Positions 8,173 to 17,395 are shown, numbered from the stretch's first letter. The stretch is DNA of 64,000 nt from Candidatus Sulfotelmatobacter sp. (GCA_035538795.1 DATLJS010000055.1:25426-89425), one strand, 5' to 3'. Notes: generated by a model not told the origin, from the letters alone. Translations and numbers: made by a program.

Positions 8173-11124
8173 TCAGGACGCCGTCATGATACTCCCGGCG
8201 GCCCGGCGCAGAAAGTCCTCCAACGCCCGCACCGGCGTATCGTCACCGAACAGCCACGGACGGCGCTCGGCCATCAGAGCCGCCGCCCGGGCCCGCTGGC
8301 CGGAATCCGCCAGCCGTTCGGCCAGCGCCGCCAGTCCGTCCAAATCCTGGGCGATCCATTCCGTCAGTCCCAGGTGGCGCAGGATGGCGGCGGTGTGGCG
8401 GCCGCGCATCAGCGGTCCGGCGGCGGTGATGATCGGTATGCCCGCCGTCGCCGCCTCCAAACTGGTGTTGCCGCCGGACCAGGACAGACTGTCGAGGTAA
8501 ACGTCGCCCAGTGCCAAAAACGACGGAAACAGAACCGGCGCCACCGGTTCGGCGATCACCACGTGGCGGTCGAAAGGCAAACCGGCCTGGGCGAAAGCCG
8601 AAGCCAAACGGCAGCGAAACAGCTCGGTGCGGGCCAATCCGGCGATGCCCAGGAATAAAAATTGCGCCTGGGGCAGGCGGGCGGCGATACGGACGAACAG
8701 ATCGTCTTCTTGAGGCCGGTATTTGAACAGGCTTTGGCAGCAGATGAACACCAGGGCGTCGTCGCGCAGACCCATGCCCGGCCGGCTCAGGCGCCCGTTC
8801 TCGAAGCCCTGGCCTTGGGGCAGGGGCTGATAATGGATGGACAGATTGGGCAGACGGATCAGCTTTTCGCTGTAATGGACGGCGGCCCCCGCCGGTTCCA
8901 TCAGGTCCGAAGACAGGAAATAATCGATGGTGGGCAGACCGGTAGTGACCGGATGCCCCCAGGTGACGCATTGCACCGGCGCCAGACGGCGACAGGCCAG
9001 GCGCACCGCCGCCGGGTCCATTCCGAGTTCGAAATAAATCAGCGCGTGCAGCCGGTCTTTGGCGATGGCCTCGATCCAGGCGTCGTCTCCGCTCAATCCG
9101 GCGGTCACGGTATCGCAGGCCTCGTATTGCCCCCGCGCCCAGTCGTCGGGCGCGAAATCGGCAGTGGCCCCGGCCGGCCGGCCGGAAAGATCATAGGCGA
9201 ACAGCTCGAACCCGGCTTTGTCCAGACGCCTGATCCAGCCGGAGAACAGCTTCGAGACCGAATGCAGGCGAAAATAGCTGCCGGCGAAGCCCACCCGTAG
9301 CCGTTCCCCCGGCTCCGGCCGTCCCACCAGCGCCGGGCGTGGGCGTTCTGTGGCCTGGGCGATGCGCGAAACGACGCGGCCGTACAGCTCTTGCAGCGCC
9401 CGGTCGTCTTCGCCCTGATAGGCCAGAAAGAAAGGTTTGGCCTGGCCGATCTGCGGCAGCGCCGCCGCCAGGCTGTCGCGCGTGGCGGTTTCGGCGGCCT
9501 GGACCAGCAGGGCCAGGGATTCGCCGTAACGGCGGCGAACCTCGGCCATCTGCTCCGGCGTTTCATACCCCTGGGGCAGCAAGGCCATGCAGGCGGTCAG
9601 CCGCGCCCCCAGATGCTGGGGCCAGCGGCGGCAAACCACGTCGAGAAGCCGGGTTCCCAGATCCGGCCATCCCGCCCCGCGCAGCATGTTGCCCAGCAGC
9701 AGCAGATTGTCGATGTCCTCCGACAAGCTGGACAATTGATCGAGATGGCGTTCCACCAACGGCCGGTTGTTGCCCTCGACGGCCCGCCGCACCAGCCGGA
9801 ACAAGGCGGCGGCGGCATCCTTCGACCGGCCCGTCTGAAGCATCAGCCCGACCAGGGCGCGATAGCCCGGTTCGTAATCGCCGTGACGGTTCAGCAGATT
9901 GATCAGCAGATCGCGGGCTTTGTCCTTTTGACCGGTCGCCGCCAGGGCCGACGCCAGATTGTTGACCAGCGGCGGCGTGGCGTTCAAGCGCGCCGCCGCC
10001 TCCAGCCAGGGCAGGGCGTCGGCGGGTTTTTGCCGCCGCAGCCACGTCAAGCCGACGCGATGCAGCGCCTCGGGCGTCTGGCCGTCGGTCAACAGGCGGC
10101 GCAGCGCCGCTTCCGCCGCTTCCGGCTGGCCGTTCTGAAAGACGTTCCAGGCCGACTGCATGGCTTGCGCCTCATCCAGCGCCGTAGCCTCGTCGCGGCC
10201 CGACGGGTTGTAGCAGCAGCCTTTGCAGATTTCCGGCGTGGCGTCGAGATAGCGGTCCAGCCAGCCGGAAACACCGGGGCCGTCCCAGGCCTGGGCGAAA
10301 CTTTGCTCCAGCAGGCTGGCATGACCGTACAAAGAGGCGTCTTCCGTCAGACAGCAGGGCGTTAGCATCCCTTCGACCGTCACATAGGCGGCGCGGAAAG
10401 GACGGCGGCAACGGCTGCCGTTGGGCGTCAGGATCGGCGCCATGGCCACCGTCATGCGGGGATGGCGGCTTTGCGTCTCGGCCACGGCGGCGCGCACGGC
10501 GTCCCGGTCCTCGCCGCTCAAGGCCAGCGGCCGGCTTTCGGCGCCATAGGCCACCAGCGGCTGAATTTCCACCGTCGGCGCCCCCAACGCCGCCAGTTCC
10601 CCCAGCAGGCCGCGCAATTCGCCCAGATTGCCCCGACTGACCACCACCGACAAAGTCACCCGGCCCTCGAACAGGGGAATCAACCGGGCGACGGCCAAAC
10701 GCAAACGATTGGTGTCGGTGCCGGCCCGCACCCGTTCGGCCACCGGCGGATTGAGGCTGTCCACCGAAATACTGATATGACCCAGCCCCAGCGCCTTCCA
10801 GCGGGCGAAATCCTCCACCTCGCGGGCCAGGGCGTTGGTGTTGAAGCTGACGCCGCCGAACTTGCCAGAATCGCGGGCGATGGTGATCAGATCGTCCAGC
10901 CGGGGATGCAGGGTCGGCTCGCCGATGCCCTGCAGCACCACGTAATTGGCCTGCGGGGCGTTGGCCACCACCCTGGCGAAATCCTCGACCGCCATATGCC
11001 GGTTGACCCAGTCTCCACTATTCATGCCCAACGTGCGCTGGCAGCCGGCGCAGCGCAGATTGCAGCCGGTGGTGATTTCGATCTGAAGCCGGTTCAGGCG
11101 GGTAGGGGCGGCGAAAAGGCTCAT
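8173..11124 (-). CDS. fusion protein: radical SAM/SPASM-like domain + TPR repeats + GT41 (SPINDLY/OGT-like) glycosyltransferase domain
   Basis: 983-aa ORF. The N-terminus carries CNLRCAGC (the Cx3Cx2C radical-SAM cluster motif) and a GIGEPTLHP glycine-rich motif. A distal Cys cluster (RCRRP...TPCC...CKGCC) resembles a SPASM/twitch domain. The middle is helical and TPR-like. The C-terminal ~400 aa match the COG3914-type OGT pattern (WGHPVTTGLPTIDYFLSSD...YSEKLIRLPN...DVYLDSLSWSGGNTSLEAATAGIPIIT). Confidence 0.75.
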   Translation of the reverse strand: MSLFAAPTRLNRLQIEITTGCNLRCAGCQRTLGMNSGDWVNRHMAVEDFARVVANAPQANYVVLQGIGEPTLHPRLDDLITIARDSGKFGGVSFNTNALAREVEDFARWKALGLGHISISVDSLNPPVAERVRAGTDTNRLRLAVARLIPLFEGRVTLSVVVSRGNLGELRGLLGELAALGAPTVEIQPLVAYGAESRPLALSGEDRDAVRAAVAETQSRHPRMTVAMAPILTPNGSRCRRPFRAAYVTVEGMLTPCCLTEDASLYGHASLLEQSFAQAWDGPGVSGWLDRYLDATPEICKGCCYNPSGRDEATALDEAQAMQSAWNVFQNGQPEAAEAALRRLLTDGQTPEALHRVGLTWLRRQKPADALPWLEAAARLNATPPLVNNLASALAATGQKDKARDLLINLLNRHGDYEPGYRALVGLMLQTGRSKDAAAALFRLVRRAVEGNNRPLVERHLDQLSSLSEDIDNLLLLGNMLRGAGWPDLGTRLLDVVCRRWPQHLGARLTACMALLPQGYETPEQMAEVRRRYGESLALLVQAAETATRDSLAAALPQIGQAKPFFLAYQGEDDRALQELYGRVVSRIAQATERPRPALVGRPEPGERLRVGFAGSYFRLHSVSKLFSGWIRRLDKAGFELFAYDLSGRPAGATADFAPDDWARGQYEACDTVTAGLSGDDAWIEAIAKDRLHALIYFELGMDPAAVRLACRRLAPVQCVTWGHPVTTGLPTIDYFLSSDLMEPAGAAVHYSEKLIRLPNLSIHYQPLPQGQGFENGRLSRPGMGLRDDALVFICCQSLFKYRPQEDDLFVRIAARLPQAQFLFLGIAGLARTELFRCRLASAFAQAGLPFDRHVVIAEPVAPVLFPSFLALGDVYLDSLSWSGGNTSLEAATAGIPIITAAGPLMRGRHTAAILRHLGLTEWIAQDLDGLAALAERLADSGQRARAAALMAERRPWLFGDDTPVRALEDFLRRAAGSIMTAS

Positions 11125-11231
11125 GGAAGGCGATGATAAGTGGCGAAGAGTGTTTTGCCACCCACATTTATTTTGCCTTCGCGGCTCCGTTGGGGCATCT
11201 AGTGCCGCTTGCCAATTCAGGAGCTTTTCCC

Positions 11232-12518
11232 ATGTTCGCCGGTATCGACTTCGGCACCTCCAACAGCGCGGCCAGTCTTGTCGGCCGCGAGGGCGAGGCG
11301 GAAATCGTCCGCATGGACTTCAAAAGCGGCGCATCCGACACCCTGCGGTCGATGCTGGCCTTCGACAAGGCCAAGCGCGACGAACACCGCAAGCTGCTGG
11401 CCATGGTCGGCCAGGACGCCGTGGACGCCTATCTGCAGGACGACGGCGAATGCCGCCTGCTGCAAAGCTTCAAAAGCTATCTGACCAGCCGGGTGTTCTC
11501 CAGCGCCAGCATCTTCGGCGCCAGCTACAGTCTGGAAGATATGATCGCCCTGGTGGTCGGCCATATCCGCCATGCCGTCGAAAACAAGGGCGGCCGGCCC
11601 ATGGCCCGCGCCGTCGCCGGGCGTCCCGTGCGTTTCGTGGCCGAAGACGGCCGGGTGGAGGACGATTACGCCCTGGAACGCTTGCGCCAGGCCTTCGCCA
11701 AAGCCGGGCTGGAAGAGGTTCGTTTTGAATACGAACCGATTGCCGCCGCCTGCTATTACGAGCGCGGCCTGGACCACGACGAGACGGTTCTGGTGGCCGA
11801 TTTCGGCGGCGGCACCAGCGATTTCTGCCTAGTGCGGCTGGGACCGGGCCGCCGAAGCATGGCCGATCCGCAAGACGCCATCCTGGGCACCCAGGGCGTC
11901 GGGCTGGCCGGCGACGCCTTCGACCGCCGCATCGTCGAATACGGCGTGGCCGACCACCTGGGCAAGAACCTGACTTTTCACAGCGCCGGCAAGGATCTGC
12001 CGATCCCCGCCTGGATCTATGGCAAGCTGGGCCGCTGGCACCATGTGTCGTTCCTCAATACGCCGTCCACTCTGCGCATGCTGCGCGACATCCAGCGCCA
12101 TGCCGCCGAGCCCGAACAGATCGAGGATCTGCTGACGGTGATCGAGCACAATCTGGGCTATCACCTCTATCGCTCGGTGCAGGCGGTGAAGCTGGCTCTG
12201 TCGGCGGCGGACGAGACGGAGCTGCGCTTTCATCATGCGCCGCTGGAAATCACCCGCCGCGTCACCCGCATCGAATTCGAAGGCTGGATCGCCCCGGAAC
12301 TGGCCGAGATCGAGCAATGCGTCGATGCCTTGCTGGCGCAAACCGGCGTCGCCGCCGACAAGGTCGATCGGGTGTTCATGACCGGCGGCACCTCGCTGGT
12401 GCCGGCCGTGCGCCGCCTGTTCGCCGACCGCTTCGGCGAAGCCAAGCTGTCCAGCGGCGGTGAATTCGTTTCGGTGGCCAACGGTCTGGCCTACCGCGCC
12501 CGGGAATTCTGGGGCTGA
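11232..12518 (+). CDS. Hsp70-family (YegD-like) ATPase, no canonical substrate-binding domain
   Basis: MFAGIDFGTSNS and DFGGGTSD actin-fold phosphate motifs, with a C-terminal TGGTSLVP motif. ATG 11232 is preceded by AGGAG. An in-frame upstream ATG at 11133 is a possible but less likely start. Confidence 0.8.
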   Translation: MFAGIDFGTSNSAASLVGREGEAEIVRMDFKSGASDTLRSMLAFDKAKRDEHRKLLAMVGQDAVDAYLQDDGECRLLQSFKSYLTSRVFSSASIFGASYSLEDMIALVVGHIRHAVENKGGRPMARAVAGRPVRFVAEDGRVEDDYALERLRQAFAKAGLEEVRFEYEPIAAACYYERGLDHDETVLVADFGGGTSDFCLVRLGPGRRSMADPQDAILGTQGVGLAGDAFDRRIVEYGVADHLGKNLTFHSAGKDLPIPAWIYGKLGRWHHVSFLNTPSTLRMLRDIQRHAAEPEQIEDLLTVIEHNLGYHLYRSVQAVKLALSAADETELRFHHAPLEITRRVTRIEFEGWIAPELAEIEQCVDALLAQTGVAADKVDRVFMTGGTSLVPAVRRLFADRFGEAKLSSGGEFVSVANGLAYRAREFWG

Positions 12519-12537
12519 ACTTGCGAAATCCGGCGGC

Positions 12538-13017
12538 TTATGCCGCCGGATGCGGACGATTGTACTGGCTGTCCTCCTCGCGGATGTGATGGATCAGCCA
12601 ATCGCACAGAAATTCATAGACCGGGTCGCGCAATTCCAGCGCCTCGCCCCTTTTGAAGCGGTTGACGAAGCGATAGGCCGTCGAGATAAAGGCGGTGTGG
12701 GATTCGAAATGCTCGGCCACGATGTCCGGCGCCATTTCCTTGATGTAGACCTCTTCGTCGCGGAAATGCACGGCGGCGTATTCCAGCAGGCCGAAGATCA
12801 CCTCTCCCAGTTCATCCACCGACAACGACTTGCGGCCCAGCGTGTTGATCATCGAGATCAGCCGCTTGTGCTGGCCATCCAGCAAGGGATTGCCGACGCT
12901 CAAATCGTCGCTCCATTTGATCAGGTTCTCGCCGCTAGGAGCGAGAGGAGGAGGCGCTTCCTGGGAAAAGCCGCTCCATTCCTGCTCCGGGCCATCCTTG
13001 TGGTTTTCTTCCGACAT
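12538..13017 (-). CDS. hemerythrin-like metal-binding domain protein (bacteriohemerythrin)
   Basis: W.D.L.VG...D.QH..L near the N-terminus, then HF..EE and H....D motifs typical of bacteriohemerythrins. There is a ~30-aa N-terminal extension. The start is only 10 nt downstream of the tadG-like stop and has an AGGAAA SD. Confidence 0.8.
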   Translation of the reverse strand: MSEENHKDGPEQEWSGFSQEAPPPLAPSGENLIKWSDDLSVGNPLLDGQHKRLISMINTLGRKSLSVDELGEVIFGLLEYAAVHFRDEEVYIKEMAPDIVAEHFESHTAFISTAYRFVNRFKRGEALELRDPVYEFLCDWLIHHIREEDSQYNRPHPAA

Positions 13018-13027
13018 GGCCGTTTCC

Positions 13028-14431
13028 TTATTCGATCAGCCGCAATTCGCTCAGAGTCCCCGCGATATAGGAGAAACTGCTCTGCAGGGTCGCGGCGGTG
13101 GGAGCGTTGAAGTAATAGCTGGACTGTGAAGCGCAGTTTTGCAGCAAACTTTTCGATGTATCGGAAATATCCGAGCCGAAACTAATGGTATAGACGGTCA
13201 TCCCCGCCGCCTTGGCGGCGGTGCAGGCATCGGCCAGCAGCGTGTTCGCCTTAGGCGTATCGACACCAGCGCATTGGTTGTTGCTGGACAGGATATTCCC
13301 ATAAGGCGCGACCGTCTTGGGATTGCCGTAGGGATTGGTGTAGGGACTGCCGGAATTGACGCAGTTGTCGCCGTCGGTCAGCAGAATCAGCGCCTTGGTG
13401 ATGTTGGCGGTATTGCCGTTGATGTCGGTGGTGAAGCTTTCCGGCAGGCCGGTGGTGCCCCATAGCCCCTGCCAGTCCGGCGACAGCATGCGCCACCCCC
13501 ACAACAGGCCGGACGCGATCAGCGTGCTGCCCTTGGCGGTCATGTTGCTGACCGCGGTTTTCATGGATGCCGCATCGCCCGACAGGAACATGGTCGAAGC
13601 CTTGGTGCTGGCGCAGCCACTCGACCAAGTGCTGCTGGACGAGCAGGTGGTGGTGCCGTTCTTCGCTGTCGTGCACGTGGTGTCGTAATAAGGCGTGAAG
13701 GACGATTTGGTCGGCGTCGTGGCATCGAAGGTGAAGTTGGTTCCCGATTTCCGCTCGAACAGACAACCGCTCCAACTGCTGGGAACGCTGGACAACCAGG
13801 ATTTGGTGGTCGAACTGACCCCGACCTTCACCGCTTCGGTAAAGGGCACCAGGCCGACATAGACGCCGGCAGCGGCGCTGGTGTTGGTGCTGCTGGTGCC
13901 CAGCAGGGTGTCGATCAGCGTCGAAGCCGCCGACTTCAGGTTGGTCATCTTGTTGTTGTCGGCCATCGAGCCGGTGTTATCCAGGGCCAGAACCGCTTCG
14001 GTGGGACGGGTGACGCGCAAGGCCTTGACCTTCATGGTGAAGGTTATGCCGGTCGCGTCGGCCAGGGAATAAAGCGGCACGGTGACGGTGGTGGTCACCG
14101 TCATGGTGTCGCCGGCCGAAGTCGGCAGCTCGGTGAAGGTGGGGGCGTCGAAGCTGGAACCCAGATAGCCGTCGGGAACGTTGGCCTTGAAATAGGCCGC
14201 TCCCTCGGTCCCCGCCGTCGAGGAGCCGAGATCGCGCCCGGAGGCCAGGGCCGCCGCATCCAGGGCCGACCAGACCCGCGAACGGACCATGTGAACGCGC
14301 ATCATATCCAGTCCGGCCAGGAACATGACGACCATGACGCTGAAGCTGATGGCCACCGTGATGCCGGCGACGCCGCGGCGGTCCTGGATGAACGCCGCGG
14401 ACCAAAAGCGGATGAAGGCTCGAAAAAGCAT
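13028..14431 (-). CDS. TadG-like pilus-associated protein with vWA-type domain
   Basis: The N-terminus (RRGVAGITVAISFSVMVVMFLAGLDM) matches the TadE/TadG-like pseudopilin segment. The central LALDNTGSM...ILLTDGDN region resembles a vWA MIDAS region. It sits in the tad locus. Confidence 0.7.
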   Translation of the reverse strand: MLFRAFIRFWSAAFIQDRRGVAGITVAISFSVMVVMFLAGLDMMRVHMVRSRVWSALDAAALASGRDLGSSTAGTEGAAYFKANVPDGYLGSSFDAPTFTELPTSAGDTMTVTTTVTVPLYSLADATGITFTMKVKALRVTRPTEAVLALDNTGSMADNNKMTNLKSAASTLIDTLLGTSSTNTSAAAGVYVGLVPFTEAVKVGVSSTTKSWLSSVPSSWSGCLFERKSGTNFTFDATTPTKSSFTPYYDTTCTTAKNGTTTCSSSSTWSSGCASTKASTMFLSGDAASMKTAVSNMTAKGSTLIASGLLWGWRMLSPDWQGLWGTTGLPESFTTDINGNTANITKALILLTDGDNCVNSGSPYTNPYGNPKTVAPYGNILSSNNQCAGVDTPKANTLLADACTAAKAAGMTVYTISFGSDISDTSKSLLQNCASQSSYYFNAPTAATLQSSFSYIAGTLSELRLIE

Positions 14432-14452
14432 GATTTCCTCCTTCGCCGGCGG

Positions 14453-15076
14453 TCAGCTGGGCAGACCGGAGCAGCCGGACACCGTGCCCAGGCTGTCGAG
14501 CGCGCCGTAACGGGCGCGGAAATAGCTGGCACGGCTGATGGTCTGGGCCTTCGGCAGCATGGCGTTGTCGTTGCTCAGACCGGCGAACGGCACGTAATTA
14601 TAGAAAACCTCGGCGACGACGACGGTGTCGCCGTTGGTCTGCACCGTGATGCCTCCGGGCAGCACGGCCTTGCCGCCTTCGGCGCCGACGGCGCTGCTCA
14701 CCCCTTTGATCTGATAGACCGAGCGCCGCTGCCAGGCCACCGTGGCCGAACCGTTGACGTTATGCACGGCCGACAGGATCACCATGCCGTTGCCGTCCAG
14801 GGTCAGCGGCTCGATCATCCGGGTGGCGGCGTCGAAATAGGTCCCCAGATAAGAACCGTTGGTGGTCAGGGCGCAATCCACCGCCTGGGTCGACCGGCGC
14901 GACACCATGTCCGACAGGGTGATGGAGGTGCGCTCGGTCAGCGAGGTGGCCCGCATATAGGCGTAAAGTTGATACGACCCCACCAGCAGCAAGACCAGCA
15001 TGGGGATCAGCATGGCGAGCTCGACCGAGGCCGAGGCGCGGCGGTCGGCGATCAGATGCCGGAATAAATGGCGCAT
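14453..15076 (-). CDS. TadE/TadF-like minor pilin
   Basis: The start is set at ATG 15076 (MRHLFRHLIADRRASASVELAMLIPMLVLL), giving a TadE-like N-terminal motif. The ORF-track start at 15244 overlaps the upstream gene and is rejected. Confidence 0.7.
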   Translation of the reverse strand: MRHLFRHLIADRRASASVELAMLIPMLVLLLVGSYQLYAYMRATSLTERTSITLSDMVSRRSTQAVDCALTTNGSYLGTYFDAATRMIEPLTLDGNGMVILSAVHNVNGSATVAWQRRSVYQIKGVSSAVGAEGGKAVLPGGITVQTNGDTVVVAEVFYNYVPFAGLSNDNAMLPKAQTISRASYFRARYGALDSLGTVSGCSGLPS

Positions 15077-15087
15077 GGCTGGCTCCC

Positions 15088-15654
15088 CTATTCGTTCTGA
15101 ACGACGATTTGGCGGCTGAAATTCAAGGTGGAGATACCCGCCAGATTCAACACGCCGGTAAAGCCCGGACGGCTGAAGCTGACGTGGTAGACGACGATGT
15201 CGCCGCTGCCGCCCGCCGAACTGCTGCCGCTGCCGCCGTCCCAAACGCCGTTGCCGTTCAGATCGGTGAAGGGCTCGCCCTGGTCCCAGGTGCCGTTGCC
15301 GTTCAGATCGGTGTAAGGCTCGGGAATATCGGAAAGGGAGCCGTAGACCGTGGTGGTCACGGCGACCTTGGTCCCGGCGGGCAGCCAGCGGCTGACAAAG
15401 CTTTCCACCGTCTGTTCGATGGATTCAACGCGGGTCAGGCCCGTCTGCGTCATGCCGCTGGTGCCGAAGCGGGAGGCGGCGCGGATGCCGATTTCCAGCG
15501 AGGCGTCGGTCAGCAGGATCAGCCCCAGTTCCATGACGCCGGCCGTCAGCATGACCAGGATGGGCAGGATCAGGGCGAATTCCACGGCGGTCGTGCCCGA
15601 ACGGGACCGCTTGAAGCTGGCGCCGGCGCGGCGCCGTCTGAAGGCGGCGATCAT
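15088..15654 (-). CDS. TadE-like minor pilin with tandem DLNGNGxWD motifs
   Basis: TTAVEFALILPILVML is the TadE N-terminal motif. An internal tandem repeat reads PYTDLNGNGTWDQGEPFTDLNGNGVWD. The gene overlaps the tadD stop. Confidence 0.75.
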   Translation of the reverse strand: MIAAFRRRRAGASFKRSRSGTTAVEFALILPILVMLTAGVMELGLILLTDASLEIGIRAASRFGTSGMTQTGLTRVESIEQTVESFVSRWLPAGTKVAVTTTVYGSLSDIPEPYTDLNGNGTWDQGEPFTDLNGNGVWDGGSGSSSAGGSGDIVVYHVSFSRPGFTGVLNLAGISTLNFSRQIVVQNE

Positions 15655-16451
15655 GGTTGCGTTCCTCCCGGAACCGGGCCGGCGCCGGCAAGAGCCATGC
15701 GCTGGCGCAGAAGACGGTAATATTTCAGGTCGTTCTCGACGGCCGTACGTTCCAACTCGTTGGACAGGATGGATTCCGCCGCCTCGGCGTTCCCGGCCAG
15801 CCCATAGGCCAAGGCCAGATTCTGACGGGTCTGGGGCGGCGCGTTGGAGGCGGTGGCGATATCGAGCAGCACGTTCACCGCTTCCCGCGGATTGCCGCTC
15901 AGGGCCAGCGACAACCCCAGATTGCTGCGCACCGAAACGTCGTCGGGCCGCAGCGTCAAGGCTTCGTGGTAATAGTTCTGGGCTTCAAGATGTCGGCCCT
16001 GAAGATCCAGCACCACGCCCAGACCCTGCAAAGGCCGGGTGTCCTTGGGAGCCATCATGCGGGCCTTGCCGTAATCCCGTTCGGCGACATCCAGATGCCG
16101 CAGGATGATGTCGGCCCGGCCCATGGACAGCAGAGGTTCCGGCGCATTGGGAAATTGCTGGGCGGCCACCACGTAATATTGGTGCGCCGTCTCCGTCTGG
16201 CCCTGCAGCAGGGCGGCGTCGCCCAATCCCATGCGGGCGTCGAAATTGCCGGGGTCGCGCTTCAGCACCTGATTGAACAGATCGATGGCCGTATCGGCGT
16301 CGCCGCTGCCCAGATTGCCCCTGGCCAGTTTGATCGTGCTCTCGTTCATCGAGGCCGAGGCGGCGGTGGTGCGCTCCTTGTCCAAGCCGGGAGCGCAGGC
16401 TCCCAGCAGCAAGGGCGACAGCAGCAGAACCAGAACAGTAAGCGTCTTCAT
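15651..16451 (-). CDS. tadD: TPR-repeat lipoprotein, TadD-like
   Basis: Signal peptide plus lipobox (LLLGAC), TPR-like repeats throughout, and the expected position after tadC. Confidence 0.65.
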   Translation of the reverse strand: MKTLTVLVLLLSPLLLGACAPGLDKERTTAASASMNESTIKLARGNLGSGDADTAIDLFNQVLKRDPGNFDARMGLGDAALLQGQTETAHQYYVVAAQQFPNAPEPLLSMGRADIILRHLDVAERDYGKARMMAPKDTRPLQGLGVVLDLQGRHLEAQNYYHEALTLRPDDVSVRSNLGLSLALSGNPREAVNVLLDIATASNAPPQTRQNLALAYGLAGNAEAAESILSNELERTAVENDLKYYRLLRQRMALAGAGPVPGGTQP

Positions 16452-17395
16452 TTGCCAAATGCCTCCGAGATACGGAGAAAAGCCGGGGCGCCGATGATGA
16501 TCACCACCGCCGGCAAAATCAGGAGCATCATTGGCATGGTCATCTTGACCGCCAGCTTGGCTCCCTTTTCTTCCAGACTGAGCAGACGCGCCGACCGCTC
16601 GGTCCGCGCCAGAACGCGCAAGGCCTGGGTGATGGGCGTGCCGTATTGATAGGATTGGATCAGGGTCGAGACCATGCCGCGCAGGGATTCCAGCCCGGTG
16701 CGCTCGGCCAGATTACGCAGCGACGCCACCGTGTCGGCATGCAGCTGGCTTTCCTGGAACGTCAGCTCCAGTTCGTCGGCCAAAGCCGGACAGATGGACC
16801 TCATTTCCACGGCGGTGGTATGAATCGTCGCGCTCAGGCTGTAGCCGGCATTGGTGCAGATGACCATCAGGTCCAGGGCGTCGGGCAAGATGCGGTGAAT
16901 CTGCTTTTGGCGGCGGCGCACCATCATTTTCAGCAAAAGCTCGGGCAGGATCAGGCCGCATTGCATACCGCCCAGCATGGCCACCAGCGACGTCAGAAAT
17001 TCGGTGTCGGGATACCACAGCCCGATGGCGCCCGTGATTCCCATGGCCAAGACAGCGCCGCACAGAACCTTGACGATCACCAGCACCTGCAAGGCGTTGA
17101 CCTGACGGAACCCGGCGGCCACCAACTGACGGCTGATGGCTTTCTGCTGGCGGCTGTTGAACAGCGGCAGCCGGCGGCCCCAATTGGCCAGTACGCTGCC
17201 GACGCGGCTGCGGGCGGGCTTTTCCGCCTGGGCTTCCTGGCCGGGCTGGCGCAGGGTATAGCGGTCCAACTCGGTCTTAGCCCGCTGCCCGGCCCGCACC
17301 GAGGCGCTGCCCATGCGCACATAGGCCAGCCAGACCACGAAACCGATGGTCATGCCGGCGCCTGCTTCCAGTTCCCAGAAACTGCCGTCCACCAT
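16448..17395 (-). CDS. tadC: type II secretion system F-family inner-membrane protein TadC
   Basis: GspF-like domain (LPDALDLMVICTNAGYSL...) and membrane helices. The start is set at ATG 17395, just after the tadB stop. The longer ORF to 17467 overlaps tadB. Confidence 0.8.
   Translation of the reverse strand: MVDGSFWELEAGAGMTIGFVVWLAYVRMGSASVRAGQRAKTELDRYTLRQPGQEAQAEKPARSRVGSVLANWGRRLPLFNSRQQKAISRQLVAAGFRQVNALQVLVIVKVLCGAVLAMGITGAIGLWYPDTEFLTSLVAMLGGMQCGLILPELLLKMMVRRRQKQIHRILPDALDLMVICTNAGYSLSATIHTTAVEMRSICPALADELELTFQESQLHADTVASLRNLAERTGLESLRGMVSTLIQSYQYGTPITQALRVLARTERSARLLSLEEKGAKLAVKMTMPMMLLILPAVVIIIGAPAFLRISEAFGK

Noticed and set aside
12529-12550. Hairpin TCCGGCGGC-TTAT-GCCGCCGGA between the convergent Hsp70-like and hemerythrin genes, considered as a terminator feature
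   Set aside because: It overlaps the hemerythrin stop codon and has only a weak T-run on one side. It is plausible as a bidirectional terminator but too uncertain to list as a feature.
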